From contig JAGQYE010000024.1 of NCBI GenBank assembly GCA_020436225.1, forward strand, positions 11,051 through 75,050: a stretch of 64,000 bases of DNA, written 5' to 3'. Below, in pieces: positions 35,479-45,326 of this stretch. The position numbers were made by a program, and so were the translations under genes. This DNA comes from Bacteroidota bacterium. Its GTDB lineage: Bacteria > Bacteroidota > Bacteroidia > Chitinophagales > JADIYW01. Position 1 is the first letter of the stretch, and the number at the start of each line of letters is the position of its first letter. The notes beneath the pieces were generated by a model that did no database searches, was not told the origin of the DNA, and worked only from the letters and a program-made list of their open reading frames with translations.

Positions 35479-38307
35479 TTATTTATTTTTCTTCTTTTTT
35501 ATCCAACGCTCCGATTCTATTCCTGTTCTTTCTAAATCAAACAACATAGTGCCATATACCAATGCTCCAATTGTTGGAGAGCCATAAGCCTCAATATGTT
35601 TGTTGTTGTAGATATTAGAGCCGCCCACTTGCAAAGTAAACCATCTTGGAAACTCGTAAGAAACCTGCATATCCAAAGTATGGAAACTCGGCACTTCACC
35701 ATCACCAAATGTGCTTTCCCATTTGTACTTACTTACCCATTTAAAATTAATTGCAAAACCTAATCCTTTCCATATTTTATCGGCACTTAAACCAATATTG
35801 AATTTATGGTTTGGAGTATTAAAACCGGGAATAATTGGGTCGGTTAGATTTTTGGTATTGATGCCTGAATATGTATAATTAAATGAACCTACTAATGATT
35901 TCCATATATAGTAATTCAACCCGATGGAAGCACCGAAAGCATCGACTTTTTGTTTAGCATTTGTCGGCATTTGAATAAGGTTATACGAGCCGGTTAACAT
36001 AGCATCAGCTCCGGCATCACTACCTACAATTATATCTTTATTATCAGGTGCATAATAACGTAAATCTCCAATAAAATGGAAATATCTATTGAAATATGTA
36101 GAAATATCTACATATAATTTACTAAAGAAAACGCCACGATAACCAAACTCCCAAGAATTCACTTGTTCCGGTCGGATTGGATCTAATTTAATTGGCTTTA
36201 AAATTCCTGGTTCAATAGATAAAGTAGAATCATATTTTTCTCTGAAATCAAGTACCGATTGATAATCATAACCTTCTGCTCCATTTAGATTTCCCAAAAG
36301 CTGAATAGCTCCAAGGTCTAACGAAATGTATTGATTTTGCAAGGTTGGTGCACGAAATGCTTGTTGGTAAGAGAATCGCAATGTGTGATTCTTATACGTT
36401 CCTATAACAGAAATTCTTGGTGAAAATTGAACTTTAAAATTTTCTGACTTATCGACTCGTGCAGAACCTACTAACTTTAAGTGTTGTTTGAATAAATCAA
36501 CAGTAAGTTGTGTGTATGCACCTACTTCCCACGTATTTAAGTTGACGAATTTTGCTTTTAAGTTTGGAGAACCATCTGCTAATGTATCTGCTCTGTTTAC
36601 TAAAGTATCATAAAAGATAGAGCCGAAAGAACGTGGTACATAAATTCTATACGATGTTCCAACTAACCAATTAATATCGTGTTTGAAAGTATGATTGTAA
36701 GATGCTTCAAAATGATGAAAAGAAGATTTATCTTGGAATTTAGAACCTGTTACTAAATTGGCATCGTTGACAATAATATTATATGCCGAATCGAATGAAT
36801 ACGTTCCTGGTTGAAGGTAGGCATTATTAAATGCTTCTTGCAAAGCAAATTCTCTTGATGTAAGTACATCAGCATTTTGAGGATCATCTTTAAACTCGTT
36901 CGTATAATCAGAAAGTTTAGAAAAATAAGATTTAATAAAATTTGAGATGTATCTGCTTATGCCAACCTTAGATAAGTTGATAGCACTAAATACCATATCA
37001 TACGATTTGCCTGCATTCTCTAATGTTGAATAATACTTAAATGTAAATCCTTTATAATCGAGTTGTACTTTGTGTTGTTGGAATAAAATATCTTTCACAT
37101 TATAACGATTGGCACCTTGGTAAACTGCACTTCCAAGTCCGAATTTGTATTGATATTCCAATTGCATATCTTTAATTGGTCTGGCATATAAAGCAATATT
37201 TGCTTTAATACTTCTAGTTTTATTGTCGGTTAAATCATGTTCCATATATCCCGGCGTTTTCACGTGTACAATTCCGGGCAATGCATTTGGAAAGAAATCT
37301 AAATAAGCATTCAAAGCTCTAAATTGACGCGCAATGGCTGTATCATCATCATATTGCAATTTGCGCACAACAGTACTTACATTCACATCTGTTTCTATAT
37401 CTCCATATAAATTGGCAATAGTATCATCAGCCACCCAATCATTCGCTCTAAAAAAGCTTCCACTTACTTTAAATCCAAAAACATCTCTTCCGTATTTCTT
37501 TTTCCCAAATGCATTGGCATATCGAAGTTGGGCATCTACTAATTGTCGATTTCCACCTTTAATTTTTACTTGTAAATTTTTAAAATCAAACGGATTTTTT
37601 GACTGCATACTTAACACACCTTGAAAAGCATTTGCTCCATATAATGCTGATGCAGCGCCGGAGATTACCTCCACACTTTGCAAATCCAAATCATTAGCTC
37701 CAACTAAATTTCCGACAGGAAAGTTTAAGCCGGGTGCCTGATTGTCCATTCCATCAATAAATTGAACTATTCTAACCGGTGCCGTAGTATTAAATCCACG
37801 TGTGTTAAACACTTGAAAACCCATACTGCTGGTTGTCATATCTACTTCTTTCAAATTGCCTAAACTTTGGTAAAAATTTCCGGAAGCAGCAGCTTGTATT
37901 TGTCTTGAATTTAATTTTTGAATGGATGATGGCGAGGTTTGAATTCTTTCACTCACACGAGAAGCAGAAATAACCACTTCATTGCCTACATTAATTATTT
38001 GTTCGTCTAATGCAGCATCTACTGTTTGGTTAGCAGAAGTAACCTGAATTTCTTGCTCTGCATACCCTAAATAAGAAACAACAAGTGTATAAGGCAAAGT
38101 AACATTGGCAGTTATTTCATAATTACCATCAATATCAGTGATTGCACCATAGTTAGTTCCTTTTATTTGAACATTAGCACCAATTAAACCTTCTTTTGTT
38201 TTTTTATCTGTAATTTTTCCTTTTAGTTGAATATCTTGAGCATATAGTGATGTGCTTACTAAAACACACAATAAAATAGTAGCTATTCGAAATACGAAAT
38301 TGTTCAT
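35479..38307 (-). CDS. TonB-dependent receptor with N-terminal carboxypeptidase-regulatory-like domain
   Basis: Signal peptide, then IQLKGKITDKKTKEGLIGANVQ (CarboxypepD_reg), a plug region (VEVISGAASALYGANAFQGV) and a long beta-barrel. A 21-aa charged tail follows the barrel-terminal ...YGTMLF. Confidence 0.88.
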   Translation of the reverse strand: MNNFVFRIATILLCVLVSTSLYAQDIQLKGKITDKKTKEGLIGANVQIKGTNYGAITDIDGNYEITANVTLPYTLVVSYLGYAEQEIQVTSANQTVDAALDEQIINVGNEVVISASRVSERIQTSPSSIQKLNSRQIQAAASGNFYQSLGNLKEVDMTTSSMGFQVFNTRGFNTTAPVRIVQFIDGMDNQAPGLNFPVGNLVGANDLDLQSVEVISGAASALYGANAFQGVLSMQSKNPFDFKNLQVKIKGGNRQLVDAQLRYANAFGKKKYGRDVFGFKVSGSFFRANDWVADDTIANLYGDIETDVNVSTVVRKLQYDDDTAIARQFRALNAYLDFFPNALPGIVHVKTPGYMEHDLTDNKTRSIKANIALYARPIKDMQLEYQYKFGLGSAVYQGANRYNVKDILFQQHKVQLDYKGFTFKYYSTLENAGKSYDMVFSAINLSKVGISRYISNFIKSYFSKLSDYTNEFKDDPQNADVLTSREFALQEAFNNAYLQPGTYSFDSAYNIIVNDANLVTGSKFQDKSSFHHFEASYNHTFKHDINWLVGTSYRIYVPRSFGSIFYDTLVNRADTLADGSPNLKAKFVNLNTWEVGAYTQLTVDLFKQHLKLVGSARVDKSENFKVQFSPRISVIGTYKNHTLRFSYQQAFRAPTLQNQYISLDLGAIQLLGNLNGAEGYDYQSVLDFREKYDSTLSIEPGILKPIKLDPIRPEQVNSWEFGYRGVFFSKLYVDISTYFNRYFHFIGDLRYYAPDNKDIIVGSDAGADAMLTGSYNLIQMPTNAKQKVDAFGASIGLNYYIWKSLVGSFNYTYSGINTKNLTDPIIPGFNTPNHKFNIGLSADKIWKGLGFAINFKWVSKYKWESTFGDGEVPSFHTLDMQVSYEFPRWFTLQVGGSNIYNNKHIEAYGSPTIGALVYGTMLFDLERTGIESERWIKKKKNK

Positions 38308-38333
38308 TTCAATAATTTATGGGGTTAATGAAA

Positions 38334-41264
38334 TTAATTTAATGAAAAAGATTTAGTCATTTTTTGATCAGTGTGTTTCATGTCAATTATTTCTAACATG
38401 TATTGACCTTTAGCAAAATTTCTAAGATCGAAATATTGTTGATCAGATATTTCTTTCTGAAGCAATTTTTCGCCAAGCATAGAATAAATTGTTGCCAAAT
38501 ATTTTCCTGACTTACTGATGAAAACTGAAAATTGTCCATCACTTGGATTAGGATACAAGCTCATATCCCAATTTGGTTTTGTCGTAATATTCGGACGCAC
38601 GGCTGTAACAACAGAAGTATTTCCAAAAACAGGCAATTCAATTTGTGTTGGATATTGATCGGAAAAAGCAATACGTTGTACAGAAATTCTTGGTGCGTAT
38701 TCTACACCATTAAACATATATGTTCTGCCGTCAGCTGGTTTTCTTCTAAAGAATTCGCCATCCATAATAGGCACATTTGCATTAGATTGGAATCGAGGAT
38801 AATTGCTACTAGAAATCAATACTTTTATTTTATGACCTTGTGCAAACGTATATGCTATAGGAAATCCTTGGAAATAGTATTCGTATATTTTTCCTATATC
38901 AATGTTACTAAACGGAGCATTGTCATCTTGATGACCTTCTGCAATGGAACGAGCAAATTCGCGTGCACGAGCATTTACTGAGCCTTCTACTACAAAAAAT
39001 TCTTTTCCATCCGGATAAACATCTAATATACGAACATAGAAATCGCAATCTGTTGGTCCGCTTGGTGTATTTCCGGGATTAGATTTTGCATATATTTTAT
39101 ATTTCGGAAAACCTATGATGCTAAGAGAATCAGGCAAAACATCCGTTTCGTATTTTAAAATGCCGGCTCTATCCATCGTATATGGTGCAAGATTTGGGTC
39201 GGCTAAATTCATCTGACCTTGAGCATCTCTATCTCCTTGTGGTGTTTCAATCAACATATTTCCACCGCCTACAGTAATAACCGGATTATCCGGATCGTGA
39301 ACATAAGCACCAAAGCCTTCATCTGTTGTTGGAGCTTTAAAATCTAATTTTCCATTTTGATGTAAATACATTGATTTCCATTGGATATCATTTGGTGGAA
39401 AAACTTCAGAGCTCATCCAGTAATTTCCTGCATAAGAAACTGTTGCAGAATCATTAGATGCACCAACAACATAATATCTTATGCTTGGAATTTGAGTATA
39501 ATCAATTTGTGGAATTCCTGTAAAAGGTCCGGTGGTAGTAAAGCCTTCCATAATTGGTCCCAATTCAGGTAAATCAATTTTAAATGGAATAGTAAGTCCG
39601 CCACCAATACGTATCTCTACCGGTACTTGTTTTAATGTAGTTTGACCTAGAATAAAATTCAATAAATCGCCAAAAGACATTTTATAATCTTCTGCCGGGA
39701 AACGAATTTCTAATTGAGGTAATTGAGGCAATGGTTTTTGCCAATCTTTTGACTGAGGCAATACAACTTTAGGTTCTCCTACATGATTATAACCATTATA
39801 GTTCAGGTTATAACGAAACCAACTTAACAATTCTGATTGTGCAATATTTGTAATGTTAATTTCTCCATCATTTGTTATATCTAAGATATTGATTCGTGTA
39901 ATGTCTTCTACATTTTTTGGATATACTTTATCTCCGGTTTCAGTACTTGTAACTGTTTGGTGTGCCCAAGGTCCAATTACAAGTTTTTGCAAGTTTTTTT
40001 TCTGAGTGATATTATCTTGCATAAAACGATGCGTTTCTATAGAACCATCAACAAAAATATCCCACCAACCGGAAACGTGAAATGCAGGTACTTCCATATT
40101 AGAATATCTGGAATAAGTTCCATTTTTATCGCCTTCTCCATTAGCATCTACAGGCGCTTTGCTGGCATCCATATCACTTCTACCTATAGAATTCGGATAT
40201 GCCCCACATGGTGAATTTTCGTATCGTATAGAAACAAAATGATCGATAGCTAAATTAGCAGCGTCAAACTTATCAAGTGTATTATAATCTTTAGAAGAAT
40301 GAATAGTATCGTTGATTCCGGTATCTATATCGCGCAAATTATCATCTGTATCTTTTATTTGTCCACGGAGCCAACCTGTTACTAATCCATCGCGTAAACA
40401 TCCATTGTGAAAAGCTGTACTTTTATAAAACTCCAAAGGACCAACAATAGGAAACAAACATTTTAATCCGGGTTGAGAAGGATCAATCTTATGCGCTGCA
40501 GCTGCCTGCAACTGATTATATCCCAATGCAGATGCACCGAATGTTCCTATAGAACCATTATAAACTAAATCTGTAGTTTCAAAAATTCCATCTCTATTTA
40601 AATCAAAATTTCTGATTAACTGATGTTTCACGAATTCTATGGTATTATATCCGTCTTCGTGATTATTTCCATTTCTTGGGTCAGATGGATCTGTAATATC
40701 CAAAATATGAGTATAAGTATGATAAGGCGTTTTCTTCCAACTATCTGAATACAAAGGAAGATATGCACCTTGTGAAGTATATCGACCGCGCATATCCTGA
40801 ACAGCTCCAACATATCCGAGCAAAGCCATCGCAGCACCTTCAAAGTTACCTTTTTTATTATATGGAGTTCGTTCCAATATCATAGGCAATTGATATGGAT
40901 TTGGGTTTGGTGCTCCATTTATAGAGTCATATATAATATATTGTGCGCCTTTTTGCAATAATACTGCGTGAATAGGTATCTGAATCGGTGGAAATGGATC
41001 TGGCAAAAGGCTAAATGAAAGCGTATCATCATAAACAAAGCTATCTTGTAAGATTGGCAGATAAATATCTGTCATTAGCTTTGTTCCGTCCGGCATTGTA
41101 AACGGCACTTGTGTTCTTGTCGAAAAATCAGAAATGTCATCTAAAGTTCCGTTAATTTTTTTGCCGGGAATTTCCGATGCTCCTGGAATCGGGAAATACT
41201 TAGTTTGAGAGAAAACGGAAAGATTTGTGAGGAGAAAAAGTAAGAGTAAAAATTTGTTTTGCAT
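38334..41264 (-). CDS. CocE/NonD (S15, X-Pro dipeptidyl-peptidase-like) hydrolase with T9SS C-terminal sorting domain
   Basis: MPDGTKLMTDIYLP...ILERTPYNK N-terminal hydrolase signature. The last 80 aa or so (LYPNPSDGQFSVF...GQYMLEII...) are a Por secretion tail. Confidence 0.82.
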   Translation of the reverse strand: MQNKFLLLLFLLTNLSVFSQTKYFPIPGASEIPGKKINGTLDDISDFSTRTQVPFTMPDGTKLMTDIYLPILQDSFVYDDTLSFSLLPDPFPPIQIPIHAVLLQKGAQYIIYDSINGAPNPNPYQLPMILERTPYNKKGNFEGAAMALLGYVGAVQDMRGRYTSQGAYLPLYSDSWKKTPYHTYTHILDITDPSDPRNGNNHEDGYNTIEFVKHQLIRNFDLNRDGIFETTDLVYNGSIGTFGASALGYNQLQAAAAHKIDPSQPGLKCLFPIVGPLEFYKSTAFHNGCLRDGLVTGWLRGQIKDTDDNLRDIDTGINDTIHSSKDYNTLDKFDAANLAIDHFVSIRYENSPCGAYPNSIGRSDMDASKAPVDANGEGDKNGTYSRYSNMEVPAFHVSGWWDIFVDGSIETHRFMQDNITQKKNLQKLVIGPWAHQTVTSTETGDKVYPKNVEDITRINILDITNDGEINITNIAQSELLSWFRYNLNYNGYNHVGEPKVVLPQSKDWQKPLPQLPQLEIRFPAEDYKMSFGDLLNFILGQTTLKQVPVEIRIGGGLTIPFKIDLPELGPIMEGFTTTGPFTGIPQIDYTQIPSIRYYVVGASNDSATVSYAGNYWMSSEVFPPNDIQWKSMYLHQNGKLDFKAPTTDEGFGAYVHDPDNPVITVGGGNMLIETPQGDRDAQGQMNLADPNLAPYTMDRAGILKYETDVLPDSLSIIGFPKYKIYAKSNPGNTPSGPTDCDFYVRILDVYPDGKEFFVVEGSVNARAREFARSIAEGHQDDNAPFSNIDIGKIYEYYFQGFPIAYTFAQGHKIKVLISSSNYPRFQSNANVPIMDGEFFRRKPADGRTYMFNGVEYAPRISVQRIAFSDQYPTQIELPVFGNTSVVTAVRPNITTKPNWDMSLYPNPSDGQFSVFISKSGKYLATIYSMLGEKLLQKEISDQQYFDLRNFAKGQYMLEIIDMKHTDQKMTKSFSLN

Positions 41265-41383
41265 AGTTATTTAATTGTTTACCTTGAATTTACGATATTT
41301 TCACAATATTTTATAATTAAATCTCATTTTTATGGAATTTATTCAAACACCTTTGTGTTATAATTCAAAAATGACAACATAAT

Positions 41384-42181
41384 ATGGATTCCATCCTGCA
41401 TAGTATCTTACATGATATCTCTATCCAACAAGCACTTCTAATCATCTTAAATCTTATTCTTATAGAAAGTTTACTTTCTGTAGATAACGCTGCTGTATTA
41501 GCTACTATGGTAATGGATTTACCCAAGGAACAACGCAAGAAAGCCCTTAAATATGGTATTTTCGGTGCTTACGTTTTTAGAGGAATTTGTTTGGTATTGG
41601 CGGCTTGGTTAATAAAAATTTGGTGGCTGAAAGCATTAGGTGGACTTTATCTCTTCTATCTATTCGTTCATTATTTTTATACGAAATCAACACCTAAACA
41701 GGAAGATGATTTGCTGAATAAAAAAGAAAGTAAATTATATAAATATACTTTCGGGTTATTCGGTAAATTTTGGTCAACCGTAATTTTGGTTGAGATTATG
41801 GATTTAGCTTTCTCCATAGATAATGTTTTCGCTGCCGTTGCTTTTACAGATAATTTAATTCTAATTTGCTTAGGTGTATTTATTGGTATCTTAGCAATGC
41901 GATTTGTAGCACAATCATTTGTGAAATTAATGGAAAAATATCCTTTTTTAGAAAGAGCTGCTTTTTTAGTAATTGGAATTTTAGGTGTAAAACTTTTGCT
42001 GTCAATTCCAGCACATTTCTATCACGATAATCCTACTTTCCAATTCATAGAATCCGAGCATTTTGATATGTTGGTATCCGTAATAACGTTCTTGGTTTTC
42101 TTTGTACCGATTATTACTTCTGCACTCTTTAATTTTCCAAAAAGACATATTACAACAGATATTATTGAAGAAAAAGAATAA
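41384..42181 (+). CDS. TerC-family integral membrane protein
   Basis: LSVDNAAVLA and FSIDNVFA twin motifs, about 7 TM helices. Confidence 0.88.
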   Translation: MDSILHSILHDISIQQALLIILNLILIESLLSVDNAAVLATMVMDLPKEQRKKALKYGIFGAYVFRGICLVLAAWLIKIWWLKALGGLYLFYLFVHYFYTKSTPKQEDDLLNKKESKLYKYTFGLFGKFWSTVILVEIMDLAFSIDNVFAAVAFTDNLILICLGVFIGILAMRFVAQSFVKLMEKYPFLERAAFLVIGILGVKLLLSIPAHFYHDNPTFQFIESEHFDMLVSVITFLVFFVPIITSALFNFPKRHITTDIIEEKE

Positions 42182-42194
42182 TTTATTTCTTCAA
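42165..42194. terminator. 9-bp stem hairpin spanning the stop codons of convergent TerC and MsrA genes
   Basis: TTGAAGAAA (42165..42173), 12-nt loop containing both stops, TTTCTTCAA (42186..42194). Confidence 0.4.
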
Positions 42195-42839
42195 TCTATC
42201 TTTAAAAACTTTTTCAAATTTTTCGACTTTTGGTTGAATAACGAAACGGCAATAACTTTCGCCTTTGTTTTCGTTATAATAATTCTGGTGGCTTGATTTA
42301 GCTTTATAAAAGGCTTCAAATTTTTCTACTTGCGTAACAATTGGATTATCGTAAGCTTTGACTGCATTCAATTCATTGATGATTTCTTCAGCTTCTTTTT
42401 GTTGATGTTCATTATGATAAAAAACTGCCGAACGATATTGTGTTCCAACATCATTTCCTTGTCGATTTAATGTTGTTGGATCATGCATAGTAAAAAATAT
42501 TTTTAGAATTTCGGCAAACGAAACTTTAGTAGTATCAAACGTAATTTGGATTACTTCTGCATGTCCGGTTGTGCCGGTGCAAACTTCTTCGTAAGTTGGA
42601 TTTGGAACTGTTCCACCTGAAAAACCGGATTCAATTTTTTCTACACCATCTAAACGTTGGAATATAGCTTCCATACACCAATAACAGCCACCGCCTAAAG
42701 TGGCAACTTCTAAAGAATTATTCATACTTTTATTTTTTTTTGATTCTGTTTGGATATCATTTTTCTGAGCCTGATGGCAAGCCATACATAGTAAAAAGAT
42801 ACTTAATATTATGCTCATTTTCATTGCATACTTTTTCAT
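42183..42839 (-). CDS. msrA: Peptide-methionine (S)-S-oxide reductase MsrA with N-terminal export signal
   Basis: GGGCYWCMEAIF active-site motif preceded by the hydrophobic leader MSIILSIFLLCMAC and a polar linker of about 30 aa. ATG at 42839. Confidence 0.9.
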   Translation of the reverse strand: MKKYAMKMSIILSIFLLCMACHQAQKNDIQTESKKNKSMNNSLEVATLGGGCYWCMEAIFQRLDGVEKIESGFSGGTVPNPTYEEVCTGTTGHAEVIQITFDTTKVSFAEILKIFFTMHDPTTLNRQGNDVGTQYRSAVFYHNEHQQKEAEEIINELNAVKAYDNPIVTQVEKFEAFYKAKSSHQNYYNENKGESYCRFVIQPKVEKFEKVFKDRLKK

Positions 42840-42868
42840 CAAACAAAAAAAGTAAATATTTAGTTTGA

Positions 42869-42876
42869 CAAATCTA
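42869..42876 (-). promoter_or_regulatory. -7 box TAGATTTG for msrA
   Basis: Exact TAnnTTTG 29 nt upstream of the msrA ATG and 3 nt after the feoB stop. Confidence 0.45.
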
Positions 42877-42879
42877 CAT

Positions 42880-44994
42880 TTATTTTAAGATTTGATAGAC
42901 AAACATAGAAACAATATATGCCGTTCCTGACATATACAAGAATTGGATAATGGGCCATTTCCATGTTTTGGTTTCTCTATGTACAGTGGCAAGTGTACTC
43001 ATACATTGCATGGCAAATAAATAAAACAGAACTAAAGATAATGCCACCGGCATAGAAAATACAGGCTCTCCGGCTGCATTTTTTTCTTGTTTTAATTTTT
43101 CTTTTATGGTTAAATTATCAGCGTCTTTGCCAATAGAATATAAGGTTGAAATAGTGCCTACAAAAACTTCTCGCGCAGCAAAAGAAGTAATTAAGGCAAT
43201 GCCTATTTTCCAATCAAAACCAAGTGGTTTAATAACCGGTTCTATAATATGCCCAAGTATTCCGGCATAAGAAGCTTCTAATTTTTTAGATGCAATATGC
43301 AAATTCGTTGTGGCAGAATCGTATTGCATGAGTGATGATTCTATCGTGGCCACCGCAACCGCTTCTTTCATTTTTTTTGGAGGACCAAAACTTGCCAGAA
43401 ACCATAATACCAATGATACTAATAAGATTACCTTTCCGGCACCGAACACAAAACTGCTCACTTTATCATTCAAAGTATAAAAAACATTTTTCCAATGCGG
43501 CATCTTATATTCCGGCAATTCCAACATCAAATAGGATGACTCTTTAGCTTTTAATATTTTCTTGAAAATGTATGCAGCCGTAAGTGCAGCTATAATTCCA
43601 ATAAGATATAATGCCATAAAAACTAATCCTTGCGAATTAAAAATACCGATTTTATAACTCGGCACAATAAATCCGATTAATACAGCAAATACAGGAATTC
43701 GCGCTGAGCAACTTATAAACGGCGTTACTAATATGGTTATCAAACGTTCTTTTTGGTTGCTGATGGTTCTTGTACTCATAATTGCCGGAATCGCACAAGC
43801 ACCGCCGGAAATTAAGGCAACTATACTTCGACCATTCAATCCAAATTTCTGCATTATATTATCGAACATATAAACCGCGCGCGACATGTAGCCAATTTCC
43901 TCTAATAAAGTAATGAGCAAAAATAAAATCGTTATTTGAGGAACAAAGATGACAATACCTCCAATGCCTGGAATGATGCTTTCTACTAATAATCTGGATA
44001 AAATATTTTCCGGCAAAATGGATTTTATTAGCATTGAGAGTGCTGTAAATTTGTTATCTATCCAATCCATTGGTATGGTTGACCAAGCAAAAATTGCTTG
44101 AAAAACAAACAACATCAAACCAAAAAATATAATCGGACCCAAATATTTATTGGTAACAACTGCATCTATTTTATCGGTTATCGATTTGGCTTTAGCAAAC
44201 GATTTTCGCAACACATCACGAACTATTGGCGAAAACAATTCATAGCGTTGCATGATTTCATTTAATTGAGCATCGATGCTGTTAAAGTTATTTTGTTCAA
44301 TTATTTTTTCAATAGCAATTTTATTTTCTTGAGATAGAAAAGTTGATTTTTTTGCATGATGTACCAATTGCAAAGCGTGATAATCATTTCTTGCCGGAAT
44401 TATTTTTTGTAGTTCGGTGGCAACATCTTTTTCTTTTTCTGTTATAGGAAAAAATGAAGTAGATGTAAGCGTTGAGTTTTCTTTTAATATAGCCGACATC
44501 GAATCCTTAATCTGTTCTATTCCGGCTCCTGTTCTTCCATTTATTTTTATGCATTTTAATCCGAGCGTTTTTTCTAATTTTTTATCATCAAAAACAATAT
44601 TTTGTTGCTCGGCGATATCATTCATATTACAAGCGACAACGATAGGAAAATGCAGATCCATAAGTTGCGTCAACAACAAAAGATGGCGCTCCAAATGAGT
44701 AATATCTAAAATGTAAATTATAGCATCTGGATAATCTTTGTTGTTGGTATCTATTAATGCATTTACGGCAATTCGCTCATCTAAAGAAGTTGGATACAAA
44801 CTGTATGTTCCGGGCAAATCAATGATTTGAACTTCTTCATTTGGATTTAATTTAGTTAATCCACTTTTTCGTTCCACTGTAACGCCCGGGAAGTTTCCTA
44901 CTTTCTGTCGTAAGCCGGTTAAGTGATTAAACAACGAAGATTTTCCGGCATTAGGATTTCCGAGTAATGCAATTTTTTTTATCCTTTCAGCCAT
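42880..44994 (-). CDS. feoB: Ferrous iron transporter FeoB
   Basis: N-terminal G-domain GNPNAGKSSLFN and DLPGTYSL, followed by a polytopic membrane domain. 704 aa. Confidence 0.95.
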   Translation of the reverse strand: MAERIKKIALLGNPNAGKSSLFNHLTGLRQKVGNFPGVTVERKSGLTKLNPNEEVQIIDLPGTYSLYPTSLDERIAVNALIDTNNKDYPDAIIYILDITHLERHLLLLTQLMDLHFPIVVACNMNDIAEQQNIVFDDKKLEKTLGLKCIKINGRTGAGIEQIKDSMSAILKENSTLTSTSFFPITEKEKDVATELQKIIPARNDYHALQLVHHAKKSTFLSQENKIAIEKIIEQNNFNSIDAQLNEIMQRYELFSPIVRDVLRKSFAKAKSITDKIDAVVTNKYLGPIIFFGLMLFVFQAIFAWSTIPMDWIDNKFTALSMLIKSILPENILSRLLVESIIPGIGGIVIFVPQITILFLLITLLEEIGYMSRAVYMFDNIMQKFGLNGRSIVALISGGACAIPAIMSTRTISNQKERLITILVTPFISCSARIPVFAVLIGFIVPSYKIGIFNSQGLVFMALYLIGIIAALTAAYIFKKILKAKESSYLMLELPEYKMPHWKNVFYTLNDKVSSFVFGAGKVILLVSLVLWFLASFGPPKKMKEAVAVATIESSLMQYDSATTNLHIASKKLEASYAGILGHIIEPVIKPLGFDWKIGIALITSFAAREVFVGTISTLYSIGKDADNLTIKEKLKQEKNAAGEPVFSMPVALSLVLFYLFAMQCMSTLATVHRETKTWKWPIIQFLYMSGTAYIVSMFVYQILK

Positions 44995-45211
44995 TTGTAA
45001 TTAAGACGTGTTTTGCTTCGTTTCTTCTCAAAGCAACATAATGATTTTCAGTTCTGACATAATATGCACCGCCAAATGGAGCTTTACGAACCACAGAAAT
45101 AGACGCACCCGGCAATAAACCCATTGCCATCAGCTTGCAAGCTACTGCATTATCAGAATATTCTGTAATAATCGCTGATTCGCCTAAATGGAGTGTCGTG
45201 ATATTTTTCAA
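44987..45211 (-). CDS. feoA: FeoA-family protein
   Basis: SH3-like FeoA pattern LHLGESAIITEY...LMAMGLLPGASISVVRKAPFGG. Overlaps feoB by 8 nt. The start is uncertain: the track TTG (45244) is inside a -7 box, so TTG at 45211 is proposed. Confidence 0.7.
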   Translation of the reverse strand: MKNITTLHLGESAIITEYSDNAVACKLMAMGLLPGASISVVRKAPFGGAYYVRTENHYVALRRNEAKHVLITNG

Positions 45212-45241
45212 CGAAATTTTATTTAAAACTGTTCTAAATAG

Positions 45242-45249
45242 CAAAAATA
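45242..45249 (-). promoter_or_regulatory. -7 box TATTTTTG for feoAB
   Basis: Minus strand reads TTGTATTTTTGCTA. Exact TAnnTTTG. Confidence 0.45.
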
Positions 45250-45326
45250 CAAGCTAATTATCGAAAATAGGCGAATTTAAGATTTGTTCATAAAAGAATA
45301 CCTAAGATTAGTTAGTGCGAGCTGAT

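Noticed and set aside
41265-41383. Possible yybP-ykoY (Mn) riboswitch upstream of the TerC-family gene
   Set aside because: The 119-nt spacer is AT-rich and lacks the G-rich conserved core of that riboswitch. Only a 5-bp palindrome (AACAC..GTGTT) is present.
45250-45290. Fur box upstream of feoAB
   Set aside because: Only a GATAAT hexamer (TCGATAATTAGC on the minus strand) matches. The remainder of the 19-bp Fur consensus is not matched.
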